Origin: Hypanus sabinus
Lineage: Eukaryota
Direction of reading: 5' to 3'
Length of the DNA stretch: 64,000 nt
NCBI RefSeq assembly: GCF_030144855.1
Contig: NC_082731.1
Span: 20,646,001-20,710,000, forward strand
Of this stretch, positions 46,745-58,884 are shown piece after piece. The notes beneath the pieces are model-generated. The model did no database searches. It had not been told where the DNA came from and worked only from the letters and a program-made list of their open reading frames with translations. A program made the position numbers and the translations under genes. Every line of letters begins with the position of its first letter. Within the stretch, counting starts at the first letter, position 1.

Positions 46745-49101
46745 ACAAATTTGTCCGGGTCTATAGTCGAGTGGCGCCCCGCCACCCACCCTCACCGCCC
46801 CCCCCCCCCTTATCCGGCTTACCTCTCCTACCACTCAATTTTGTTACGACCCGAAGCTGACTCGGCGCTCACTGGTCTGAAGTGGCGGTTCATAACCGCT
46901 ACCATCCTGGTCCATCCGGACCCTGCCCGCCAATTATTTGTTGAGGTGGACGCCTCTGACTCCGGGATAGGAGCAGTCCCGTCCCAACGATCAAGTTCGG
47001 ACGAAACAATTCGCCGCTGTACCTTCTTTCCTCTCCGACTGTCCCTCCCTGAGCGGAATTACGACTTGGGGAATCGAGAACTGCTGGCGGTCAAGCTAGC
47101 ATTGGAAGAATGGACGCTTTGGCTGAAAGGTACGGAACACGCGCTTGTGCGTGGACTGATCATAAGAACCTGGTTTACCTCTGGACCGCCGATCTTTAAT
47201 CTCCCTCCAGGCCTTATGGGCATTATTTTTTGGAAGATTCAAGTTTTCCCTCACCAACCGTCCAGGGTCCACGAACGGGAAGAAGGAAGCGCTCCCCCGC
47301 CAATACGATTCCAAGGAGAACACTTCCAGCCCGGAGAATATCCTACCAACATCCTACGTGGGGTCACTTGGGAGATCGAGTCCAAAGTGGACGACCCAGA
47401 CCCCGGCGATCGCCTGTACGTGCCCGATTCCGTCAGGTCCCAGGTTCTCCGCTGGCGGCACACATCTGAATTCGCTTGCCACCCCGGGAGTGATCGGACT
47501 CTGGCTCTCATGGAAAGTCAATTTTGGTGGCCATCCATGGAGGCGGGTACCCGTTGCTACGTCCGGGCATGATCCATCTGTGCACGTGGAAAACTCTCTC
47601 ATCGGCTAACCGTGAGGATATATTGTCCTCTACCAGTCCCTGGTCGTCCCTGATAGCACATCACCCTAAACTTCGTAATCGGTCTAACCCTTTCCCACGT
47701 AAACACCACTGTCCTCACCTTGGTAGACCGGTTCTCCAATGCGTTGCTCTTTGTAGCCCTCCCTAAACTTCCGCTCAGGAACCCGCAGTCCTTCCTGACA
47801 GCCACGTCTTCCGCCTCTACAGAATTCCGACTGACATCGTCTCCGTTCGAGGTTCGTCTCGCAGGTATGGAAGGCCTTTTGTCAGGCTAGGGTGCATTGG
47901 TCAGGCTGTCATCCGGCTTCCAACCCCAGACGAACGTGCAGACGGAAATGGTCAACCAGGACTTGGAGGCGACGCTATGCTGTGTAAGGGCAATAAAACC
48001 CGTCTACTTGGAGCGACCACCTCCCGTGGGTTGAGTACGCCCAAAACTCTCTGGTGAGTTCTGCAATTGGAAGGTCTACTTCGGAGTGTTCCCTGGGGTA
48101 CCAACCCCTGAAAAAAAAAAAAAAAAAAAAAGAATAGGAGATTGCGGTGCAGTCTGTTCAGGAACATCTCGATCGGTGCCTTAAGGTTTTGAGAGGAGAC
48201 ACGCATGATCCGAAACAGATCATGAGATCGCAATAAGAAGACCTCCGACCGACACCGGACTCCAGCGCCTGGGTACCGAGCGGGGCAGATGGTGTGGCTT
48301 TCATCCAAGGGCATCCCACTCAGACACAAGCCTAAGAAACTCGCCCTTCGCTTCCTGGGACCATTCAAAGTCGAAAGGGAAAATAATCCCACAGCAGTCC
48401 GACTAGAACTCCCAAGATTTATGCGCAAGATTTATGCAAGATTCATGTTTCCCAATTAAAGCCAGTTTCCGTCTTCCCCTTGTGAGACTCCTCCATTTGC
48501 CCGTATAATCGACAACCATCCGCCTTACACCGTCCGATGACTACTGGATTTGAGCCGACGGAGAGGGGGTTTTCGATAATTGGTAGACTGGGAAGGTTGC
48601 GGTTCAGAAAGGAATTCCCGGGTTCCCCGCTCGTTTAACCTGGATCCCTCCCTCATCCAAGACTTTCATCAGGACCATCCGGCCAAAGCTTGAGGATAGC
48701 CTGGGGGATCAGCTGGAGGCTCCCATTGATGGCGGGGTGTGGGGGTGGAGGTTGTACTGTCATGGTCCCGACTGGCAATACCCCATTGCCTGACTTTCAA
48801 TCGCTCCCAGTTCAGCAAATTACACACATCTGCTTTCCATCAGTAGCTACAGGATAAAAATCCTGTAATCACAACAAGGAAATGACAGTTCGTTTGTGAA
48901 CTCTTGTGTGATTAACTTCGTTTCATGGTAATTCAGTTCTAAGTTCTGCATCGTCTCTAGGATTTTCCCCGTGAACCTTGTCTCTGTATAAAGACTCTCC
49001 GAGATACGGGCTCTCCGTTCGCCGTGGTGCGAACGCCTAACGATTCAGCCTCAACGCCGGTGTTGCGCACCTGGGTTCGGCCCAGCCACGTTCTTGCGAC
49101 A
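46745..49101 (+). mobile_element. Ty3/Gypsy chromovirus-type LTR retrotransposon, 5'-truncated (RNase H, integrase, chromodomain, 3' LTR 48758-49101)
   Basis: [61 protein letters not shown], chromo-like IIDNHPPYTVR..YLVDWEG. Purine tract then TGTCATG..GCGACA. Confidence 0.9.
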
Positions 49102-49239
49102 GGATTCAAGGAAAGCGGGTGCTGATTCGTGCCCACATAGCGTCGGTTGTGTTTTACCTCCCATCGTTGAGCAGGGCATTATACTTATGATAAGACTTTA
49201 CTCTCCAATATCTGCTGTGGTGATAAATTCTTTCAAGTA

Positions 49240-49355
49240 ATTTGCAGCCCTATCGAGGCTGAGAGTATATGTCCTTCTGTTTCTTATTGAATACATTCGC
49301 AGTCCTATCGAGGCTTGGAGTTTGAATGCCTCTGTTTCTTACTGATTACATTCGT
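49240..49355 (+). repeat. Two-copy ~56-bp tandem duplication covering the B5 leader start
   Basis: CAG(C/T)CCTATCGAGGCT..CTCTGTTTCTTA(T/C)TGA(A/T)TACATTCG occurs twice. Confidence 0.8.
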
Positions 49356-49785
49356 CATCGTGACAAGCAGGACGCTGCACACATGACCAGCGAGGGCCAC
49401 GTTAGTTCAGTGCAATTCAGAAATATTATTGCATTTTGCCTTTTATTGCAGGAATGAGAAATTAAAATTGAGTGATCTTGGATGTTCCTAAATTACCGGC
49501 TGACGAAAGTTAGATCTGAACACTGAAATGCAGTTATACACGAACGGACACAAGCATGTTTAATACACGTAGCATCGCAGAAGTCTCCTAAACAACTGCT
49601 GACGGTATGTGGATCAGGCAAACTGCAGCGACATCAGAATGTTTGTCGAGGTTTACAGCTGACATGAACAAACGCAGAGTAAGCACACTTAAATATCTCA
49701 AGAATTATTGTACCGGACTCTGCCGTGTTCCACAGTACAATGGACCTCTCACTATTGCAGTGAACAGCGGGTCTGGACAAAATCC
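49320..49785 (+). pseudogene. TCR V pseudogene, family B copy B5
   Basis: Acceptor 49450-49451, DVPKLPADES*I*TLKCSYT..MF*YT.., multiple stops. RSS CTCACTA/22/ACAAAATCC (49777-49785). Confidence 0.8.
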
Positions 49786-50689
49786 AGCGATGCCTGATCT
49801 CAAGTGGGCGCCTTTTTCTGGAAAATTGGAACAGCTCTATCACAAAGCATGAGGATCACGAGGTCGATTGAAACGCTGCACTCAGCAGCAATATGCCACC
49901 AGACTTGTGGAATACTTCTTAAATTTATCTTATCTAGGGATATTGTGGCAAAGTTCCGAAACATTTCCACTATATCTCTATGCCCATGTCTCTATGTTAC
50001 CTGCAACATCACCTTGTAGTTATTTTTTGATGGACTTCATTTTTCACTACCCCTCAATGTTGAAGATGAGTGTAAACTGGAGATACTGAGGTTGCATATG
50101 GCTGGAGAGCATCGGAGAGAGTGTCTCACTAAACGCTACGATTAATTTCAGGTGGAGTCTTTTGACATTAGTTTCCTAAGAGTGGATACAAATCGATATT
50201 TATTTTTTCGGATTCAAAATTAGTACCGGGTGAATTGGCATTGGATTAATGGGCGTTCCCACAACGACTTTCAAGTTACATGGATGATTTACAAAAATCT
50301 CAAATTGAAATACAGAGGCAAACAGAGAGGTATTGACTGACACAGCTACCGAAATATAGGACAGTAACGAAAGGGGCAACAAAGAAGGAGATGCTTTACC
50401 AGAAATGAAGTGTCAATTAAAGTAGAACGAAGGAGAGAGAGGTGAGATTGACAAATACAATATAATTATAGTGTATGATAACTAACCAGAGAGTGTAGTA
50501 CTTCCAATCAGATCGGTGACTCAATAATCTGACCTCTGACCTTCCCGGTTCCACGCCCTTTAACAGAACAATTTACGCGGGTTTTACGCAAAGCAAATGG
50601 TGTAGCGCATCTTACTTAATTTTCGCAAATCGGTGGCATTAGTTTCTTGGATGTTATCTGTCTTTAGTTTGCGCGTGAACACAGACACC

Positions 50690-50935
50690 ATGTGCTTCCT
50701 CGATCCTTATTGATTATGTGGTCTCTGCTACTCCATTAATCTTTGCGCAAGTAGTCAGTGGGTAACTCGCAGTTGTAATGTGAGCACTTGATGTTCAGTC
50801 ATTTTGTTCTTCTTTTGTGGAATTGTGTGGGAAAGATCTGCCTCTCTGCATCGACAATTAAGTGAAGACGAGTCATACTGCTGAACTTCAGTTACATATC
50901 AACGAGTGCCTGTACATTCGATGGGTCTTTTTAGT
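50690..50935 (+). pseudogene. Family D copy D5 (followed by CR1 fragment ~50950-51240)
   Basis: AGACACC-ATG at 50690, FR1 remnant, same CR1 junction. Confidence 0.6.
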
Positions 50936-51308
50936 TTCCTCAAACAAGAAACATTCATTTTGGAACGAACTAAGATGAGGGGTAACTTAATAGCTGTGTA
51001 TAAATTGTCGAGGAAAAGATGGTATGGACAAGCAACACTTTGAACTAAGGGTGGAGCTGGCTAATGCGAGAGTGTGATAGTGTAATGGGATTGCAACAAG
51101 TTACAAGGGCAAAACCATTGTGATCTCTTTTTTTCTTAAACGAAGATAATTCTGGCTAAACAGAGTGTGCAGTCAGTAGTCCAAAGGAATGGATAGCAGA
51201 TTGGTCCCCAACTGTAAAGAAAGTTTAGGGAATAACGAGATGAACTCCTGTTGATGTTGAATGTAGATATATTGAAAAAAATGACTTAAATGTCTATTTT
51301 GAAATATA

Positions 51309-53945
51309 CAGTGACATGTAAATGTGGGAAACCCTGGTCAAAATTTCTATTACTGTGAATAGTTAATTGAGTAGAATGATCTCCAAATATCATAAAGTCA
51401 AAGATGAAAGATTCTTTTCAACATTTTAAGCATAACTAGTGTATTATTTTTGTTTTGTATAATATTTAGAGTGAGAAAAAAGGAGCACCATGCAAAATTC
51501 TGGGCACCCCCAGAGATTTGGGGTCTCAGATAACATTTTACCAAGGTCTCAGACATCAATTAGCTTGCTCGGGCTACGGCCTATTCACAGTCATCGTTAG
51601 GAACGGTCAAGTGATGTAAATTTCAAAGCTTCATATATACCCTGATCCCTCAAAGCTTGTCCCGACAATCAGCAGCCATGGGCTCTTCTAAGCATCTACA
51701 TAGCACTCAGAAAATTAAAATAAATGTTGTCCACAAAGCAAGAGGCTATAAGAAGATAGCAAAGCGTTTTCAAGCGGCTGTTTCCTCTGATCGTAATGTA
51801 ATTAGGAAATGTTAGTTAACAGGAACCGTGGATGTTAAGTTGAGGTCTGGAAGGCCAAGAACTCTTTCCGAGAGAACTGCTCGTAGAATTGCTAGAGAGG
51901 CAAATCAAAACCCCCGTTTGACTGCAAAACAGCCTCAGTAAGATTTAGCAGACTGTACAATGGTAACGTACCGTTGTATTGTGCAGCGGCACCTGCACAA
52001 CTATCACCTTTATGGTAGAGTTATCTGATGAAAACCTTTCCTGCATCTTCATCACAAAATTCAGCGTCAGAAGTGTTCAAAGGAACATAAAAACAAGCCT
52101 AATGCATTTTGAAAACATGTCTTGTGGACTGATGACGTTAAAACAGAACTTTTCGGCCGGAAAGGGCAAAGGTATGTTAGGAGACAAAAGGGTGCAGAAT
52201 TTCATAAAAAAAAAACACCTCTCCAACAGTAAAGCACGGGCGTGGATCGATCATGCTTTGGGGTTGTGTTGCAGCCAGTGGCACGGGGAACGTTTCAGCC
52301 ATAGAGAGAAGAATGAATTCAATTAAATACCAGGGATTTCTGCAAGGAAGCATCACACCGTCTGCAAAAAAAAGCTGAAGATGAAAAGAGGTTGGCTTCT
52401 ACAACAGGATAATGATCCAAAACACACCTTAAAATCTATAATGGACTACCTCAGCAGGGGCAAGCTGAAGGCTTTCAATGGCCACAGTCCTTCGACCTAA
52501 ACATAATCTGTGGGTAGATCTCAAAAGACCTGTGCATGCAAAACTACTGAAGAATCTCACAGAGCTAGAAGACTACTTGAGATGGTCCGGTCAGTGGACT
52601 CCTCATTCGTGTACTTTTCCCCGTGTTCCGTTGGGCGACTTGATTAAGGCAGATGATCTTCATTTCGTACCGGCAACATAAAAGTCTCCGGGTTACAGCT
52701 ACTCATTTGCTGGACCATCCCAAGAAGCACGTCACTGGAAACCAATCATCTTTCCGTAGCCACTGCGGCTCTGCTCATCCAGGGACCGCCGAGGTTAGTG
52801 GATTGTAGTTGCTTCAGTGCCTCTGGCTGCTTAGCGAATTCAGTCGTTTTCGTGTCCAGCTGATTTGCCCCATTTTTTTTTTCTGGTGCTGCTAGTAAGT
52901 AATGAATCTCTTACTACCTTCCCTTTCAGTTAGTCCTGACGAAGGGTGTTGGCCAGAAACGTCGACTGTGCTTCTCCCTATAGCTGCTGCCTGGCCTGCA
53001 GCGTTCCATCAGCATTTTGTGTGTGTTGCTTGAATTTCCAGTATCTGCGGATTTCCTCGTGTTTGCTTTTGAAGGTACGAATTCTGTCGTTTCGTTGGCC
53101 GGCTGAGACTTGTTCGCCATTTTCTGCCAATCAGAGCAAATATACGAATTGACTGTCGTTGTGTAGGTTTGTCTTCTCGTTTTCCAAGTCCTTCCAACTG
53201 AGTAGGTCTGGCCGTTTGCCGCTACTCCAAGTTGGGTATTCTGTCTTTTCGTGGTCCAAGTCCAGTGCAAGTCCAAGCTCACGGTCAGCGTTCCGAGTCC
53301 AATTCAAGGTCCATGTTCGGAGTCCTAGCAAACATCCATGTATCGAGTCCAAGCCCAGGTCCAAGTTCCGAGTTCAAGCCGAGGTCCAGGGTTCGAGTCA
53401 GGGTTTCTAGTCCAAGTCGTGTCCAAGACAGATTCAGGTCCAGTTTCCAATTATAAGACCTAGTGCAGGTTTTACCAATTTGTTATCCAACGTTTACGTC
53501 CATTTTGGCATTTTGTCCTCGCTCCCTGGCCTTCCTATTAACAATCAATAAACAAAGTTCTGTTAATACAGCCTCTGTGTCTGTGTCCTGCGATGGGGTC
53601 CGCTTCCAACGCCCCTTTGTAACACTTTTGCAAAGAAGAATGGGCGAAAATCCCCCAAACAAGTATTGAAAGTTCCTTAGCTGGCTAGAGAAAGCGTTTA
53701 CAAGCTGTGATATTTGCCAATGAGGGTGTTTCTAAGTACTGACAATACAGTCTGCCCAAGCTTTTGCTTCGTGCCTTTTCCACTTCTGTTATTTTGAAGC
53801 TGTAAAAGATGGACATAAAAAAATAATCTTGTTTAAAGTATAAACGAAATGTGTTATCTTTAACTTCATGCCTTTTGGAAGTCGCGTACCTATTCACAGT
53901 AACAGAACGTTTGAGCAGGGGTGCCCAAACTTTTGCAAGCCAATG
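51309..53945 (+). mobile_element. Tc1/mariner DNA transposon (decayed), interrupted at ~52570-53629
   Basis: TA then CAGTG.. left TIR; matching right TIR ..GGGGTGCCCAAACTTTTGCAAGCCAATG. Transposase remnants GYKKIAKRFQ, RSGRPR, LWTDD, KHG..IMLWG, QQDNDPKHT, NLWVDLKR, KEEWAKIP. Confidence 0.92.
52570..53629 (+). mobile_element. Solo-LTR-like insertion inside Tc1, itself carrying a Penelope terminal fragment (~52915-53065)
   Basis: Ends GGGTCCGCTTCCAACG..TGTAACA. Shares TCTGGCCGTTTGCCGCT and its 3' end with 61792-62992. Confidence 0.65.
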
Positions 53946-54414
53946 AATCTCCAAACAATTAAACAAACAAACAAACAAATAAATAAATAAACACACGACT
54001 TCCAGTGGAATACTGCTATGTGAAAAAGTCTTAATTGCGTTAGATTACACATCGATAAGTATGTCAACGTGCAGTGATAACGCAGAGTACAGAGGAGCAG
54101 AGGCAGTACGACACAGTGAGAAAGATAGAGTGAGAGAGAGAGGAACGCGGATCAGTGACGATGCGGTAAAGTAGGCAGAATGACGAATTGAAACAAAGCA
54201 GGTTCTGACTGGTGTTCAGAAACTTGGTGTTCAGGTTTTTTGTGTCATCGAATCCTTTAACCCAGGGACACGCTCCGTCATCCACCCCATTCTGGTCTTA
54301 CACAAAGTGAAAGGCATCGGTTAAATGAGTTCACGCCACAATATCTGTTAAGTGATAATTAGCTCCTGTAGAAAAAGAAAATCTGCCTTTCGATCCACCC
54401 AGAAATTCGACACT

Positions 54415-54885
54415 GTGATTTCCCTCGATTCATTGCTGATTGCATTGGCTGCGCTGCCTGGTGAGTCTCTGTAAAATGGGCTAGAGGATTTCCCTTGCAT
54501 ACAATACAAGCCGGCGATTTTGAATCATTTTGTCCTTCTTTTGCAGGAGCGAGTGGGAAAGATTCAGTGACGCAGGATCTTCCCGACGTAAAGGCAGAGG
54601 AAGGAAAGAACATGACACTAAAGTGCAATTACAGTTACTCTGGTACAAATACAGTTTGGTATAATAACATAGTCGACAGCCTCTAAATTATCTGCTGAAG
54701 GTGTATAGCACAGGTGGAATTCAGCTGCTTCCAGATTGCCCATTGAGTTTTACCGGTACTTTGCAGAAAAGCAGAAAGATGGCACAACTGGATATCCTTC
54801 AGGCTCTCGTATCGGTCTCCGGCATGTATCTCTGTGCAATGAGTATCACACTGTTGTATGGAGCCTCCGGGTCAGGAAAAAAAAA
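54415..54885 (+). pseudogene. TRAV: TCR V pseudogene, family A copy A10
   Basis: Start codon GTG, leader 54415-54460, exon 2 from 54547, 1-bp deletion after WY. Heptamer CACACTG 54847-54853 + 23 bp; nonamer replaced by an A-rich expansion. Confidence 0.9.
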
Positions 54886-55814
54886 ACAAAAAACAAAAAA
54901 CAACTTGTCCTGTGTGATGCAAGGAGCACTCACTGGAAGGCGGCTTTTTGCGGCAAATCTGCAAGGTGCGTACCTAGAAATCAGCGATAATCACCTGCCG
55001 ACTTAAGAGCGCTGTATCAGCAGCGCAAGACGCCAAAGTTAAAGGAAGAACTTCTGATTACAAGGCGCATCCAAATTGCAAAGTTACAATGCATTTCCTG
55101 CATAATGCAATTGGTATTCATCCAGCTTATTTTGCTGTAAGGGCATATCGTGTTTGACAGCCTTGACTGATATTGTCTTCGTTCACTTTATTCGTGTGTC
55201 CGCAAGGAGGAAATAATAACTTAGTGGAACCGGAATATCTTTAAACCGGGCAGTGATGTCCAACAGAAAACAGTATGGAATATATGCTGTTTTTCGGATG
55301 GATAAAGAATTGCAAGAGGCTTTCCAGTGAAATTTAGGAAATTACAATAGCAACTTATAATCTATGCATTATTTATATCATCGGACATTTTGGTACTACC
55401 ACGAGATTCATACTTTTGCAGTCATTTTCAGTATAAAAGAGAGCGAAATAGGAATAGAGGTAATGGGATCACAACAGAATGATAGCTTGCATAGTCTGGT
55501 TTCCTAACTGCAGATACAGCAGAAGGCATCTTAAAGATTCGGTTAATACCGAAGGATCGTAAACTGATTACATCTGATTACAAAGGTATCATATGTTACG
55601 ACATTTTTGCAAGTTTAATTTTAATGATATGTTTACTCTTTCGAAAAATCGCATTAATGCACTGTTTCATCAGAAAAGGCGGAGCAGACTTGCTAGGCCA
55701 AATGACCTAATTCAGCTCATATATCTTATTGCACTATGGTCAACAGATTTATCTGTCCAATTTTTCCACCTTCCTCCTTACATTTACGCTCACTGATCCT
55801 TCGATCGACAGCAC

Positions 55815-55890
55815 TTGCTACCCAGAGCGTCTTTTGTGGGCAGCGGAAAACATGATTACGCTGGAAACCTGGACACTGAGCACATGCGTG
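55815..55890 (-). pseudogene. 3' end of family E relic, copy 4 (rest replaced by Gypsy sequence)
   Basis: Minus QRNHVFRCPQKTLWVA equals the E C-terminal motif. Confidence 0.5.
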
Positions 55891-55978
55891 TAACGTCTGT
55901 GCCCCCAATTTACCCCCGTTCGGCTCGGGTGAATCGCTGTCGCCCCGCCAACAGTGCATTACTGCGATGAAAATACGG

Positions 55979-57490
55979 TGTAATGCCCTCCCAGTACTCA
56001 CTCAAAACCCAAATATTAGACAATACACCAAAGGCGAGTAAATAATTACAACTTTATATTTATTTCACAGTGATAGGTCATTAGAAACAGAGGTTTCTAC
56101 TTCTCAGAGGTCTACGCGCTCCCTCTTCTGACTCCTGCACCTCGGACATTACATAAAATCTGTGGAAACTATGAGGCGAACTCGCCCGCGAGCGATCACC
56201 CAAACCGCTCTGCACCTCGAGAACACTCATTTTTTTGCTCGTTCCCCAAATCCTTCTCCACAACGCCCAATGGTACGCCCGCCTGACCATCAGTAACCAC
56301 CTTACTCCGTCTAATCAAGTGGGCGAAGGGACAGGAGCCTTCCCCTCCATCACGAGGGCTTCAGTGAACGGCCACATGCACCAGTCGTCCATGTCATCAA
56401 CCTCCGAGTCAGTACCCCTCACTGAGGTTGATCCCAGGCCCATCTCTCCAGGTGTGGGCTCTCCCTCCACCCTGGGGGACTCAAGGTCCTGGTACTAGTG
56501 CAGCCGGCACCTCGGGTTCCCGCTCGAACTGTGCAACTACCTCCAGAGGCAACAGGTGATTCCGATGGAGAATCTTGACGAGCCCTTTCCCATCCTCGGG
56601 CCGCACTCGGAAAACCGGTAATTTGGGAAACTGACTCTCCACCACATAGGGCGTGGAAGCCCAGTGATCAGCCAATTTGTATTTCTCAGGTAGTTCCAAA
56701 TTCCTTATGGGGACTGGTCTCCCTGCAGGAGTTGGGAGAACTTCACTTGCTGGTCATAACTCCTTTTATTTCCCCGATTCTGCTTGGCAGATACCTCACC
56801 ACCCAACTCATAAGCCCTTTGCAGATCTTTCTTCATATCAGACACATACTTCAAGTAAGGCTTCGGCGATACTTCACCCGCGGCAGTCCCGAAACAAACG
56901 TCAATGGGGAACCTTGCGTCGCGCCCAAACAGCGGATACTAGGGCGAGTATCCAGTAGCATACTTGCGTGTACAGTTGTAACAGTGAACCAGATGTCCAA
57001 TATGTTGACTCCATCGACTCTTTTTGCTGATCTCCGGAGTGGGAGGCATGTCAAGAAAGGTTATATTAAAGCTCACCGCCTGGCGGTTGCCCTGCGGTTG
57101 ATAGGGCGTGGTCCTCAATTTCTCAAATCCCAATATATCCATTAAATCATAGATGAGCTTACTTTCAAAGTCCCGTCCCTGATCACTATGTATCTGCCAG
57201 AGAAGGCCGTAATGAACAAACTACTCCCATAGCACTTTTCCCACAGTAGTCGCCTTCTGATCCTTGGTGTGGAATACTACAGCAGACCTTGTGTGATGAC
57301 TAAGGCATTCGCCGTGCTGCTGATATCGGGTTCTATGGCCAGGAAATCCATACACACCGGATTTAAAGACCCCACTCTCGGCAAGTGTGATCGAGGAGTA
57401 GCCTGCACAGGCAGCGTTCTCGATCGTATGCAACGTATGCAGGACTTGTAGTATTCGTCGAACTCTGACATCATTCGGGGCCAATTAAAT
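55979..57490 (-). mobile_element. Ty3/Gypsy integrase + partial 3' LTR
   Basis: C..C zinc knuckle (YKSCIRC), VCMDFL, TKDQKATTVGKVLWE, RTTPYQPQG, HCYNCT..ATGYSP, GPY/F-like YVVESQFP..KILHRNHLLP. LTR end ..GCATTACA at 55979. Confidence 0.9.
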
Positions 57491-58489
57491 AAAAAAGGTC
57501 TCCCGCCGCACTCCCGCTCCGATTCTCAATCTTTTTTTTTCTCCAAATAAAACCCGAATCAGGATTTCTGACAGTTTAAATATTCCGCCCTTCACATGCC
57601 CGATATTCTATTGAAAGAACAGCCACCACACCCTGTTGGGATTGTCGGGATTTCACTGTCGATTACACATTGTTGCAGAAGCTCCCTATTTTGTTTTGTA
57701 AGTATGCGAGACGTAGATACTGAATACTTGAACAAGGAGCAGTTGTCGTTGTGAACAGGACTAGTTCCACGTTAACAATCAAAAGCGAGAAGAGAAAGAC
57801 CAAACTATCAAAGTCTATCTAGACTCCTCACTTTTCTTTGTTTATATTTTACAGAAGCTTGCAGATATCCCCAATTCCTTGAAGATGTGTTTTAAAAGAA
57901 ATCACTGCCTCCGCAGTAATTTGTCAGAAGATTGTATTTCTTCGTCTAACAATTTTATATTGCTACTCATTTATCTGGGTCCGTTTTCAGCATCTGTGAA
58001 AGGTGCTGGGGAGAGCTGGATTGGAAAGATCTGAAGAAAGGATACATAATACAGGAATTGGAAAGAGGACTTGACATGACAGAGAGAAACTGAAGGAGCC
58101 GATAGAATGAGGACACAGAGAGGCGGACATAAGAGAGATGAAGTGAAGCAGTGAGAGACTTCAGACAGTGAAAGAGAAAGGAAAATACAGTAGAAAGCAG
58201 AGGAGAGAAAAGAAAGCGATAGCGGATGGAATGAGGGGGGAAGAGTGAATGGGAGTGCAAGCGACAGACAGAGAATGTAGGAGGGGAAGGAGATAGTCAA
58301 ATATCTTCCGTCCATTCTTATGACCTATAATCCCTATTTTAGAAGTAAAAGGCACATATACTTCGAAACGAAAGCACCGAGTCTTCCAGAAAGTCTCTGC
58401 TAGTCCTTAATTGAATCCCGTGTCTTCTATCGGATTAACATCTTCAAATTATCATCTGTTTAGTTGATTTAATGTACGATCTTCCCGAC

Positions 58490-58884
58490 ACAACTACCCA
58501 AATGAGGTTGTTTCGTAATCACTTATTCTACCTGTTGAATCTGACTAATCGTTCGGAGCGTGTCCGGCAGGGTCAGTGCGTACCTGCGTCGTTGGAACAT
58601 TCGAGGTTTGTTCCACGGACGAGTGGTGCAGATTTTGCAACCTCAATAAGAGGGATTTAATGACCTTGGACGGGCGGACCGTGCACTGTTCTACAGTCAA
58701 GACTTATTGAAGACATGAATGTTTCTACGTGAAGACAGATCGATCAGGACTTCTGGTCTCTGTAAAAAAAATGGCAGGTGTTCCACTTAAATGCATTCGG
58801 TAGGATTTTGCTGGACTTCACCGAATAGCATTGCGCAATTCAGTACTGAACCTTCCACGGTAATACAGGATCCGGACACCAGAG
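58490..58884 (+). pseudogene. TCR V pseudogene, family C copy C2
   Basis: 58358-58930 aligns with 21590-22200. GTSGADF..RDLMTLDGRTV.., DFTE*HCAI. Confidence 0.65.

Noticed and set aside
487-56072. Isolated perfect heptamers (487, 7538, 54112, 56066; CACTGTG at 54411) as D/J or NAR-TCR RSSs
   Set aside because: No nonamer at 12 or 23 bp and no J motif (FGxG) nearby. No D, J, C or leaderless supporting V was found in this window.
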